Notes under the pieces: generated by a model
What the model was told of the DNA's origin: nothing
The model's database searches: none
What the model saw: only the letters and a program-made list of their open reading frames with translations
Translations under genes and position numbers: made by a program
Shown: piece by piece, positions 1-7,785 of the stretch
Position numbering within the stretch: the first letter of the stretch is position 1
How the letters are laid out: every line of letters begins with the position of its first letter
Source of the DNA: a virus
DNA: 20,913 nt
IMG/VR virus record: IMGVR_UViG_3300044712_000982
Span: 85,373 to 106,285 of that record
Strand: one strand, 5' to 3'

Positions 1-892
1 CGGGCGTGATCCGCTCGGCGGTCAGCTCGGTTGCAATGAGGTCGGTGAGGCCGTTGTAGTCGGCTCGGTCGGCGAGGAGTTGCGCGACGCGATCCATGTC
101 GTAGGTGAGGGTTGCAATGTCGGCGTAGGTGGGGCCGACGCGTGTTGCAATCTTGGCCCGTAGGGCTGTTGCAATCGCTGCGCGTCGGGCTGCAACTTGG
201 GCGGCGTTGCGGGCGGCTTCGAGGCTTGCAACTGTGCCGAGTTGCGGATTCTTGATGGCGCGGCGACGCGCGTCGGTTGTGATCTTTGGGTGGCGGATCC
301 ACTGCCACGGGCTGTACACGGGTGGGGTGCTGACCATCTTGTTGGCTGCGCGTTGCGCGTCGCGGTACCGGGCCGCCGAGATGATCAGGTAGACGGTGTA
401 GCCGAGCGCGGAGAACCCGGCGAAGAAGCAGGCTTGGAATCGGTTGTTGTCGTGCCCGAAGAAGTTGATCGCCACGGCACCAGCAGCGATCGCGGCGGAG
501 ATGATCCGGGCGACGATGGCGTGCTCGCCGAGGCGGCGGCGGGAGTCGGCGTGCATCGAGAGGACAACTCCGCCGAGTTCGGCGGCGGAGACGGCGGCGA
601 GGGCTGCGGGGAGTTTCCAGTCGAGTTTCCCGGCGGCGGCTTGCGCGGAGCCGACGAGTGCGACCGCGAGGACGGCGAGGTAGAAAGCCGCGGTGATGAG
701 GTTGCGGAGTTTGCTCGTGGTGGGCGTCGCGGTGGTCGGCTCCGGCTGGCTGTCGTTCTGCTGGCTTTGGCTGCGCTGCGGTTGATCGACGGGGGTAGTT
801 GCGGTGGGCATGGCGACGGACGCTATCGGCAGGTGGCCGTGGCGCTGGGGGTGCCCGTTGACGCGGGGCGCCTCGCTGATCGCCGTGCTCAC
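1..892 (-). CDS. Membrane protein with ~4 TM helices, DUF2637/Spd (plasmid spread)-like; 3' end runs off the window
   Basis: Not in the ORF track because it is open at the window edge. AAGGAG RBS then GTG at 892; reads MSTAISEAPRVNGH...LITAAFYLAVLAVALVGSAQAAA...AVSAAELGGVVLSMHADSRRRLGEHAIVARIISAAIAAGAVAINFFGH...FFAGFSALGYTVYLIISAARYRD. Confidence 0.75.
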   Translation of the reverse strand, partial: MSTAISEAPRVNGHPQRHGHLPIASVAMPTATTPVDQPQRSQSQQNDSQPEPTTATPTTSKLRNLITAAFYLAVLAVALVGSAQAAAGKLDWKLPAALAAVSAAELGGVVLSMHADSRRRLGEHAIVARIISAAIAAGAVAINFFGHDNNRFQACFFAGFSALGYTVYLIISAARYRDAQRAANKMVSTPPVYSPWQWIRHPKITTDARRRAIKNPQLGTVASLEAARNAAQVAARRAAIATALRAKIATRVGPTYADIATLTYDMDRVAQLLADRADYNGLTDLIATELTAERITP

Positions 893-902
893 TGGTTGCT
901 CC

Positions 903-1085
903 TTAGGGCTGGGCGGGTTCGGGTGTCGGGATCGGTTGGGCGTAGACGTAGACGCGGACAGCGTCTTGGTCGCGGCGGGCGGTGAGTGGGCGGCTGACGT
1001 TGGTGACGTCGAGCGCCGCAACAAGCAGGTCGACGACGGGCTGGACGTCGTCGGGCTGGCCGACGACCCGGATCTCGACGCTCAT
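903..1085 (-). CDS. Small conserved AICE/actinophage-type protein (60 aa)
   Basis: MSVEIRVVGQPDDV...VRVYV pattern; ATGA overlap with the upstream gene. Confidence 0.7.
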   Translation of the reverse strand: MSVEIRVVGQPDDVQPVVDLLVAALDVTNVSRPLTARRDQDAVRVYVYAQPIPTPEPAQP

Positions 1086-1417
1086 CGGACGGCGGCGGTG
1101 AGGAGTTCGGCGTAGGTGCCGCCGTCGACCACGTAGCTCGGGTTGCGTTCGTAGGCGCGCCGGTCGGCCTCGCTGATCGCGGCCAGTTCGGCGGCCTCGC
1201 GGTCGGACATGTAGATGTCGTCCTCGCCGATGGCCTTCTCGATCTGGCCGCAGGTGAGGTCGATGGCCTCCAACAGCGGCGCGATCGACGCGGAGGTCTG
1301 CCAGCCGGTGGGGGCGGCGCGGGCGATGCGCTCGCGGAGAGCCGCGACGGCGGCGGTGATGTCGCCGACCTGTGCGTTGAGGGTGCGGGGCAGGGTGTTG
1401 GGCCGGGTGATGGTCAC
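1082..1417 (-). CDS. Hypothetical protein (111 aa)
   Basis: AGGAG RBS; GTG at 1417 overlaps the upstream TGA; high GC3. Confidence 0.7.
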   Translation of the reverse strand: MTITRPNTLPRTLNAQVGDITAAVAALRERIARAAPTGWQTSASIAPLLEAIDLTCGQIEKAIGEDDIYMSDREAAELAAISEADRRAYERNPSYVVDGGTYAELLTAAVR

Positions 1418-1668
1418 GGTTGCTCCTGTCCAGTGCGGGTGAGCCGGTAGACCCAGCTGCGGGATCGCGCGAAGTGCTGCGCGAGTCGGCCGTGGGAGTA
1501 GGTGCGCTTGAGTGCTACGAGTGCTTCTCGGCGGATCGCTGCGAGTGGTCCGGGGACGGTGCCGTAGGTGTCGGCGACTTCGTTGATCAGCTCGACGCGC
1601 CTGAAGGGGCACGTGACCGCCGCGATTTCTGCGGCGGTCGGTGCCTCGCTGAGCTTGCGCTTTCCCAC
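1414..1668 (-). CDS. Small HTH DNA-binding protein
   Basis: GAAAGGA RBS; C-terminal SHGRLAQHFARSRSWVYRL HTH pattern. Confidence 0.7.
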   Translation of the reverse strand: MGKRKLSEAPTAAEIAAVTCPFRRVELINEVADTYGTVPGPLAAIRREALVALKRTYSHGRLAQHFARSRSWVYRLTRTGQEQP

Positions 1669-1741
1669 GGTGGTCCTTTCTGTCTGGCGCTTGACGTCTG
1701 TTCGCGGCCTTCGCTCTGTTGCTGGGACCGCGCCCGACTTG

Positions 1742-1757
1742 TGTCTAGCGCTAGACA
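1742..1757. promoter_or_regulatory. Perfect 16-bp palindrome TGTCTAGCGCTAGACA, probable operator
   Basis: Lies in the divergent intergenic region; GACTAGTC palindromes also at 1768-1775 and 1876-1883. Confidence 0.55.
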
Positions 1758-1936
1758 GATTATTCCGGACTAGTCTTCAAGATCGCAAGCATGTTGGCTA
1801 ACATCAACCCCGCCAGGTCACGCCGGACGCCTGTTCCTGCTGGCGACACGCCGACCAGAAATCGCGCATATTGCCGACTAGTCCACGGCGATGACACCAT
1901 CAGGGGCAGGCAACCTGGCGACCGAAAGGCGAACCG

Positions 1937-2140
1937 ATGAAGCTCACGTTCATCCGCAAGACCAACGGCAGTATCAACGGCAGCTGTCCAGCCCTGTACA
2001 GCACCGACGACGGGCGCTACGTCGTGCAGGGCAAACTCCTTGGCGACGACGAACGCGCCCAACTCCGCGACCTCGCCGCCGACGAAACGGCCGTAGTTGT
2101 GCCCGCCGACGTGATCGCCGGCATCGTCAACGGCGCCTGA
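1937..2140 (+). CDS. Small protein typically found upstream of DUF6879 (CPALY..DDGRYVVQG motif)
   Basis: GAAAGG RBS; recognisable motif of the actinomycete DUF6879/XRE gene trio. Confidence 0.8.
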   Translation: MKLTFIRKTNGSINGSCPALYSTDDGRYVVQGKLLGDDERAQLRDLAADETAVVVPADVIAGIVNGA

Positions 2141-2142
2141 CC

Positions 2143-2679
2143 ATGTCAGAGCGCATGGCCCCCGACGACTTCAACCGGCTTTTCAACCGGTTCGAACGCG
2201 AGGCGTTCCGACTCGAAACGCAGCCGGTCTACCTCGTCGCGGAGGAGCAGGAGGATTTCGCGCTCTGGCTTGCCGGCCGCGGGCGTCCGCTCAACGAGCG
2301 GCCGGTGTTCCGCGAGTGGCAGGACGGGATTCGGAAGGCGACCACGGCGGGCCGGACGATCCGGCGGGTGCGGATCCTGGAAGAGCCACCGACTGACTAT
2401 CAGCGATTCGAAATGTGGGCCGGTCAGTGGAACGCCGCAGCCGGCGAGGTGATCCACTATCTGGCGCGTAGCCGCGCCGCCGCCATCGGCCTCCCGGACG
2501 CCGTCGACTGGTGGCTGTTCGACTCGGCGACTTTGGCGATCATGCAGTTCGACCCCGACGGGCGTCCGCTCGGCGGTGACATTGTCCGCGATCCGGTGAT
2601 CGTGGCCCAGCATCGTGCGTGGCGAGATCTGGCGATCCAACACGCCGCCCAACCCGCGGAGTGGCAGCCTGCCGCCTAG
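2143..2679 (+). CDS. DUF6879 family protein
   Basis: FEREAFRLETQPVY...RVRILEEPPTDYQRFE...AAGEVIHYL...DWWLFDS motifs. Confidence 0.85.
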   Translation: MSERMAPDDFNRLFNRFEREAFRLETQPVYLVAEEQEDFALWLAGRGRPLNERPVFREWQDGIRKATTAGRTIRRVRILEEPPTDYQRFEMWAGQWNAAAGEVIHYLARSRAAAIGLPDAVDWWLFDSATLAIMQFDPDGRPLGGDIVRDPVIVAQHRAWRDLAIQHAAQPAEWQPAA

Positions 2680-2687
2680 GAGCACAC

Positions 2688-3515
2688 GTGAACAACGACG
2701 ATCGCGCCGTCCGTCTAGCCGGCCGCCTGCGGGACCTCCGCAAGGCGGCCGGCTACACCGGTATCTCCCTAGCCGCGAAGTTGGGCTGGACCCAGTCGAA
2801 GATCAGCAAGATCGAGACTTGCCGCACGACGCCGGACACTCCGGACATCACCGCATGGGCTGCGGCTACCGGCGCGGAAGCAGCCGTGACGGCCGAACTG
2901 GTCGACCTGCTTACCGAAATACGGGCGGCGCAACTCGAATGGCAGACACGATTTCGGCAGGGCCAAGCAAAAGTCCAGCAGGGATACGCCAAACTTGCCA
3001 GAGACGCAAAGCTCATCCGTTGTCTCGACATATCGGCGATTCCGGGGCTGTTGCAGACTCCCGAGTACGCGCGGATACGGCTGATGGAGGGCGTACGGCG
3101 ACACGGGGCGGATTCGGCGAAGCTCGACGATGCAGTTGCCGCACGGGTGCAGCGCGGGCAACTGCTATTCGACATGTCGCGCCAGTTCGAGTTTGTGATT
3201 TGCGAGCCGGCATTGCGGTGGACCCTGGCACCCGCCGACGTGATGCGCGCCCAGCTCGCGCAGGTACTCACGCTGGCCGGGCTGCCAAATGTGACGGTCG
3301 GCATACTGCCATTCGGCGTCCCACTCGACGACACCCCACAGCATGCGTGGATATCGTTCGATGACACAGCGATCGTCGAGAACCTTGTCGAGGAACACTC
3401 GTACGTTGATGAACGCTCAGCCGTTTTCGCCGCGGTGTTCGAGGACTACCTGAGTCGGTCCCTCGTCGGCGATGATGCCCGCCGTCTGATCGTCGCTGCC
3501 GCCGACGCTTTGTAA
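2688..3515 (+). CDS. XRE-HTH + DUF5753 regulator (Scr1/WhiJ-like)
   Basis: AGGAG RBS, GTG at 2688; LRDLRKAAG..LAAKLGWTQSKISKIE HTH; IPGLLQTPEYAR and VICEPAL DUF5753 motifs. Confidence 0.9.
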   Translation: MNNDDRAVRLAGRLRDLRKAAGYTGISLAAKLGWTQSKISKIETCRTTPDTPDITAWAAATGAEAAVTAELVDLLTEIRAAQLEWQTRFRQGQAKVQQGYAKLARDAKLIRCLDISAIPGLLQTPEYARIRLMEGVRRHGADSAKLDDAVAARVQRGQLLFDMSRQFEFVICEPALRWTLAPADVMRAQLAQVLTLAGLPNVTVGILPFGVPLDDTPQHAWISFDDTAIVENLVEEHSYVDERSAVFAAVFEDYLSRSLVGDDARRLIVAAADAL

Positions 3516-3527
3516 GGGTGTGGCCAG

Positions 3528-3983
3528 CTACTCCGCGGCCACACCCTGGACTGCTTCGGCGTGAGCGTGACCGATCTTCCGGGCGAGATCGGCTAGGACA
3601 TGATCCGGTACTCCACGGCGGCACTCCGGACCGACGGCGTAGACCTTGGAATCATCGGCGGTGAGCGGACGTCCGCAGGAACAGCACCGGCTGGAGAACG
3701 CCGCGAACCGAGCTCCGGCTGTCGCACGGTCCTCGGTGATCGCCTCGCGGATTTTCGCCATCCATGGTTCGCGCACGTCGCACCACCACGCGATGCACCA
3801 GGCGCGCTGAGCTTCGCCGCGAAGTCCGGCTGGAATGTGGTACCGGTGGCCCGGGTTTTCTCGTCGCCACAGGACCGGGCCGTACTTGGCGCGCGGCGGC
3901 CACGCGGTGAGCCCACGGGGCCCGTCGCGCCAGTAGGTCATGTCTCCGGTGTCCGGGTCTCGGATTGCGAGGTATTCGATCAC
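3528..3983 (-). CDS. DUF6011 zinc-ribbon domain protein
   Basis: GGAG RBS, GTG at 3983; C-terminal CCSCGRPLTADDSKVYAVGPEC. Confidence 0.75.
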   Translation of the reverse strand: MIEYLAIRDPDTGDMTYWRDGPRGLTAWPPRAKYGPVLWRRENPGHRYHIPAGLRGEAQRAWCIAWWCDVREPWMAKIREAITEDRATAGARFAAFSSRCCSCGRPLTADDSKVYAVGPECRRGVPDHVLADLARKIGHAHAEAVQGVAAE

Positions 3984-4026
3984 TCCGGATCTCCAATCTG
4001 GCTCGCAGGTAAAAGAGGTGGCGTCG

Positions 4027-5004
4027 TCACGCTGCCGCCTCGCTAGGTGCCGACTGGCGTCGGAGTGGGTGGCAGCGCGGACAGCGTGCCATCCCCACTC
4101 TGCCTTCGTTGTCGGTGACCTCGATCTGCCGGTGGGTGTTGCACTGACCGCAGCGCGGCGGGGGCGCTGGTGAGGGTTCCGGGTCGCCAAGCTTCGTGAT
4201 CCGCGCGACGAGTCCGGCACCGGGGCGACTGAGTCCGGAGATCGACTCCTTGAGTACGTCGGTGAGGACTTGGTCGTCGTGTCCAGCGTTGAGGGCGTCT
4301 TCGATGGCGATGCGCACGGCGGCTCGGTCGGATGCGCGGAGCTGGTGGCCGGTCTTGTCGAGGACCCTTCTTGCCCTTGATCGAATCTCCCCCTCCTTCC
4401 CGGAGCTGGCGTCCGTCGGTGCCGGGTTGCTGGCGGGTTGCGCAACCGAATCGGTTGGTTGGTTTATCTGTTTTGGTAAGGGTGGCGGTGCGCCTCCACC
4501 TTCCGACGTGATTCCGCCGCCTTTCTGCGTGGATCCGCCGCCTTCTTGCGCCATGCCGCCACCTTTCCAGCCGGAAGGCGGCGGAGTACCGCCACCTTCC
4601 TCGTACGCCTCCGGGTCGAAAGGCGGAAGCTCACCGCCACCTTTCAGCAGCCTCGCCATCCAGCACGCCGGGCAGAGGCAGCCGACCGGGGGCGGAAAAT
4701 ACGGAACACACCAGCGCGGCGGCGACCCGCGGAACGCCCAGATCGGCTCACCGTGCTTGTTCTTGCCGTACGAGACGCGCACCTCGTAGCCGAGGCCAGC
4801 GAGAGAGGTCACGGCATCACGGGCTGACCGCGTCGAAACTCCAGCGCAGGTAGCGACGTCGTCCATGCTCATCTTGATGACGACAGGTACCGCCGGATCT
4901 CTACCTTTTGTCCTGTCGGCCAGGGCGACAAGAACGAGCCTCGGGCTGCCGTTGATCGACTTCGGCGCGTGGTACAGGACGTTGTGTACCCGTTGCCAGG
5001 TCAC
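4027..5004 (-). CDS. Phage replication initiator (lambda O/RepA-like; N-terminal wHTH, C-terminal Zn finger)
   Basis: RLVLVALADR...MDDVATCAGVSTRSARDAVTSL wHTH; central [EK]GGG repeats encoded by DNA iterons; C-terminal CGQC..CPRCHP. Confidence 0.75.
   Translation of the reverse strand: MTWQRVHNVLYHAPKSINGSPRLVLVALADRTKGRDPAVPVVIKMSMDDVATCAGVSTRSARDAVTSLAGLGYEVRVSYGKNKHGEPIWAFRGSPPRWCVPYFPPPVGCLCPACWMARLLKGGGELPPFDPEAYEEGGGTPPPSGWKGGGMAQEGGGSTQKGGGITSEGGGAPPPLPKQINQPTDSVAQPASNPAPTDASSGKEGEIRSRARRVLDKTGHQLRASDRAAVRIAIEDALNAGHDDQVLTDVLKESISGLSRPGAGLVARITKLGDPEPSPAPPPRCGQCNTHRQIEVTDNEGRVGMARCPRCHPLRRQSAPSEAAA
4493..4643. repeat. Iteron cluster CCGCCRCCTT, probable replication origin inside the initiator gene
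   Basis: Copies at 4493 (1 mismatch), 4514, 4535, 4556 (21-bp period), 4589, 4634, and inverted at 4575; AT-richer tract at ~4450-4480. Confidence 0.75.
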
Positions 5005-5083
5005 GCCGTCGCCCCGGTTCGAGTCGCGCTGCGATCGGCTACGGTGGTCACATCCGACCTTCCTCGCGTGGATGAGTGTGTTG

Positions 5084-5114
5084 GGGCCGTCTGGTGTTGG
5101 CGCACCGGCGGCCC
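5084..5114 (-). terminator. GC-rich hairpin after cro-like gene A (tR1-like)
   Basis: GGGCCGTCTGGTG / CACCGGCGGCCC imperfect stem. Confidence 0.45.
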
Positions 5115-5122
5115 GCCTGTTT

Positions 5123-5407
5123 TCAGGCGACGTTCACGGTTGATTCGCGGATTTCGAATAGGTCGTCGAACCGCGGGGCTGGCTTTCCGAGTCGCTCGGC
5201 GACGTCGGACATTCCTTCGATGATCGCGACGATGGCCTTCTCTCCGGCATTGCCGCCGCGTCGAGCGAGGCGGAACCACGTGCCGTTGGGGAGGCCGATG
5301 ATGCGGGCTTTGGCTTCTTCGCTGAGCCGGTCGAACGGGTCGATGAGGTCGTCGATGGTGTCGGGGCGCAGGAAGATCGCCTTCCGTGGTCGGGTGGCGT
5401 TATCCAT
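5123..5407 (-). CDS. Cro-like HTH regulator A
   Basis: SEEAKARIIGLPNGTWFRLARRGGNAGEKAI...FDDLFEI; divergent from an XRE repressor. Confidence 0.7.
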   Translation of the reverse strand: MDNATRPRKAIFLRPDTIDDLIDPFDRLSEEAKARIIGLPNGTWFRLARRGGNAGEKAIVAIIEGMSDVAERLGKPAPRFDDLFEIRESTVNVA

Positions 5408-5414
5408 AGATGCG

Positions 5415-5443
5415 ATCATACCCTTCCGTGAACGACCGATCAA
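5415..5443 (-). promoter_or_regulatory. Sigma70-type promoter TTGATC-N17-TATGAT, likely leaderless cro A mRNA
   Basis: -10 box ends 7 nt before the ATG at 5407. Confidence 0.6.
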
Positions 5444-5494
5444 CTCACGCAGGGAAACCCTCCATCCATGGAAGGGCGGTTGCATACTCTGCCT

Positions 5495-5896
5495 ATGGGC
5501 GACAACATCGGGGCAGCAACGAAACTCGGCCAAAGGATCGACGAGCTACGACGCCAGCATCGCCCACCGATGAGCCAAGCCGCCCTCTCTCGTGCGTCCG
5601 GCATCGGCCAATCGACCATCAGCCGACTCCGCAGCTCTGACGATCACGCCCCCGACGTCAAGACCCTCGAACGACTCGCCGAAGCGCTCAGTACGACCGT
5701 TGCAGATCTTGCCCGCGCCGCCTATGGCGACTTGCTCGGCACGCCGCAGCCCCATCCCGAGCCGATCCCGTTCGTGCTCGACCAGCTCATCCGCGCGCAC
5801 CGGGACCTACCGCCCGAGGACTGGGCCATGCTCGAACAGATGCTGGGCACGCTCGTCACCTGGGCGAGGGCGAGGCTTGCCGGGAAGCTGCGCTGA
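5495..5896 (+). CDS. XRE/CI-like repressor A
   Basis: LGQRIDELR..MSQAALSRASGIGQSTISRL..PDVKTLERLAEALSTTVADL; CATACT -10 box 6 nt before the ATG, no SD. Confidence 0.9.
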   Translation: MGDNIGAATKLGQRIDELRRQHRPPMSQAALSRASGIGQSTISRLRSSDDHAPDVKTLERLAEALSTTVADLARAAYGDLLGTPQPHPEPIPFVLDQLIRAHRDLPPEDWAMLEQMLGTLVTWARARLAGKLR

Positions 5897-5984
5897 CGCG
5901 ACCGGCAGCCGCAGGCTGACGCGATGCTGGAGGCGATCCTGCGGGTCCTACAAGCATTCGCCGTCCGGCCGGCAGACACGGAGA

Positions 5985-6009
5985 CGCCCCCGCCGTAGTG
6001 ACGGGGGCG
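5985..6009. terminator. Hairpin between converging transcription units
   Basis: CGCCCCCG-9 nt-CGGGGGCG. Confidence 0.55.
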
Positions 6010-6061
6010 CTCTGGCCTGCTGGTCAGTCTCGGGCGGTGCCAGCCTGGTTGCAGGTTCGTC

Positions 6062-6277
6062 TCAGGACCCGCCGCGGCAGACGGTTTTCGGTTTCGTGTC
6101 GACGGCGAACGGGAGTAGTGGCATGACCTCGCGGGTTTCCTCGGCGAATGGCCAGTCGCTCATCTCCCCCAGCGCGACGTTTGCCGCCTTCGCGTCGTCG
6201 TAGGGTCCGAACACGGCACGGATCCCGGACCGGTCGCCGTGGGACATGACGATGACGTGCTTCCGGTCGTCGCTCAC
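6062..6277 (-). CDS. Hypothetical phage protein (71 aa)
   Basis: GAGGA RBS, GTGA coupling; VFGPYDD motif. Confidence 0.7.
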   Translation of the reverse strand: MSDDRKHVIVMSHGDRSGIRAVFGPYDDAKAANVALGEMSDWPFAEETREVMPLLPFAVDTKPKTVCRGGS

Positions 6278-6390
6278 TGGTCGTCCTCATCTTCATCATC
6301 GTCGAGACATATGCAAGGCCATTGATCGCAGTTGTCGCACCACGGCCCGCTGAACGAGTCGTAACATCCACTGCATCGTCGAGTTGTCAA
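6274..6390 (-). CDS. 38-aa Cys-rich microprotein with acidic tail
   Basis: MTTRRCSGCYDSFSGPWCDNCDQWPCICLDDDEDEDDQ; GGAGGAG RBS, TTG start, 4-nt overlaps at both ends; below the ORF-track cutoff. Confidence 0.65.
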   Translation of the reverse strand: MTTRRCSGCYDSFSGPWCDNCDQWPCICLDDDEDEDDQ

Positions 6391-6554
6391 CGCTTCTCCT
6401 CCCCATCCACATCGTTTTTCGGTGGCTCTGTGCAGTCGCACAAGCCGCGTTCGTGTGCCCTGCGGTGCCGGCGCTCGTACAGGGCGATCTCCTCGGCGGT
6501 GGGCGGCGGGAGCTGGGCGGCGATGTGGTCGAGCAGGTCGCCGAGATCAGCCAC
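6387..6554 (-). CDS. Hypothetical protein (55 aa)
   Basis: MADLGDLLDHIAAQLPPP...CDC; GAGGGG RBS; overlaps the upstream stop. Confidence 0.6.
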   Translation of the reverse strand: MADLGDLLDHIAAQLPPPTAEEIALYERRHRRAHERGLCDCTEPPKNDVDGEEKR

Positions 6555-6744
6555 GGCACACCCCCTCTGGCGCGTGCTTCCTGATGGGGCGTCCTTGCCG
6601 CGTGCGCAGCTTGACGCCCGCGTCGAGCAGGAGTTGCCTCGCGGTGCCGTACGAGCATTCGAGCCGTTCGGCGATCGCGGCGATGCTGTCGCCGCAGCCG
6701 TAGCGGATGACGGCGATGCGGGTTGACTCGTCGAGGTCAGCCAC
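6547..6744 (-). CDS. HTH_58-like DNA-binding protein
   Basis: YGCGDSIAAIAERLECSYGTARQLLLDAGVKLR. Confidence 0.8.
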   Translation of the reverse strand: MADLDESTRIAVIRYGCGDSIAAIAERLECSYGTARQLLLDAGVKLRTRQGRPIRKHAPEGVCRG

Positions 6745-7221
6745 GGTCGTCCTCCTGCTGCTGTCGTTCTCGCCGCCCGTGGATGCGCCCGCACCGGTAG
6801 GCGGCGTGGCCTGCGCACACGGTGGCGGTGCCGTAGAGCGCCCAGTGCCAGTCGGCGTGCGGCGGCCAATGCCAGAAGATCACTGCGGCGTGATTCGCGA
6901 GCCCGGCTATTGCGAGCAGGGCTGCCGCAGTCCACAGCCGGCGTTCTTCTCGGCGCAGCGTTTGCGCGCTCTTGGCCGGCGGTTCGGTGGCGCGGACGGG
7001 TGGGAGCGTGTTGACGCTGTCTGGCGCCGTTGGCGTGTCCTCGCGGCAGGCCGTTGTGGCGCCGCAGATGCATCGGTATCCGCCGAATGCGTTGGCTGTC
7101 CCGCTGGATCGGTGTAGCCCCGCCTCGCGGTCGCGATCTTCGTCGCAGGTGCAGGCCATGCCGGGGGTGCTGTGGGTTCGGCACGGATAGCCGAGTTGGT
7201 CAGCCACGGTCGTCCTCCTGC
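6735..7221. repeat. Exact 24-bp direct repeat GGTCAGCCACGGTCGTCCTCCTGC at two consecutive gene junctions
   Basis: Copies at 6735-6758 and 7198-7221. Confidence 0.9.
6737..7207 (-). CDS. Cys/His-rich protein with two C-terminal TM helices
   Basis: GGAGG RBS, GTG at 7207; hydrophobic LWTAAALLAIAGLANHAAVIFW and WALYGTATVCAG. Confidence 0.65.
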   Translation of the reverse strand: MADQLGYPCRTHSTPGMACTCDEDRDREAGLHRSSGTANAFGGYRCICGATTACREDTPTAPDSVNTLPPVRATEPPAKSAQTLRREERRLWTAAALLAIAGLANHAAVIFWHWPPHADWHWALYGTATVCAGHAAYRCGRIHGRRERQQQEDDRG

Positions 7222-7505
7222 CAGGAGTGCCGGCCGTCGTGTCCGCGCCGGTGGTTGCAGCCGTCGTGACCGCACGGCCCGCGCTGGTCATGCTCTACGG
7301 CGCGGCGTTGTATTGCCTCGGCACGATCTGCCTGTTCGACCAGGACAGCGGCCAGTGCGCGCGCCTGGTCTGATTCGCCGACCCACAGGTACCGGCCTTC
7401 CGCAGCATCGATCGTGCCTTGCAGGATGACGAGGTCGTGCCCGTGGTGAACGCCGATCGTGCCGATAACGCCACGCACGAGATGCGGGACGGCGGGCTCA
7501 GTCAC
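7200..7505 (-). CDS. Hypothetical protein with C-terminal C/H zinc-like motif
   Basis: GAGAGG RBS, GTG at 7505; CGHDGCNHRRGHDGRH. Confidence 0.65.
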   Translation of the reverse strand: MTEPAVPHLVRGVIGTIGVHHGHDLVILQGTIDAAEGRYLWVGESDQARALAAVLVEQADRAEAIQRRAVEHDQRGPCGHDGCNHRRGHDGRHSWQEDDRG

Positions 7506-7785
7506 GGTTATCCTCTCGCCATTGGCGGTCACATTCTGCCCTTTCGGCTCGCAATTGTGGGAGTCGCTCGTCGAATGCCGCGACGACACAGCCGCCCTGT
7601 CCGATGAGGTCGCGTCTGATTGCCCATCGGATCGCTTTGTATGGCCTGGCTTTTTCAGCGTCGCCGTCGCACTGTTTGATCATGTCGTTTGCCCAGTCGA
7701 TCTCACGTTGGAGTTTCGCACGCGCCCACGCGAGCGCGTCGGGGTCCCGGTCGAACCGGGACAGGTCGTCGGTTGGCGCGGTCAC
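7498..7785 (-). CDS. Hypothetical phage protein (95 aa)
   Basis: AAGGAG RBS, GTGA overlap. Confidence 0.7.
   Translation of the reverse strand: MTAPTDDLSRFDRDPDALAWARAKLQREIDWANDMIKQCDGDAEKARPYKAIRWAIRRDLIGQGGCVVAAFDERLPQLRAERAECDRQWREDNRD

Noticed and set aside
197-985. 262-aa + strand ORF
   Set aside because: Antisense shadow of the real minus-strand membrane gene, which has an RBS and TM helices
6735-7221. CRISPR array or att site
   Set aside because: Only two exact copies, 463 bp apart, each coinciding with an RBS/start; no cas or integrase gene in the window
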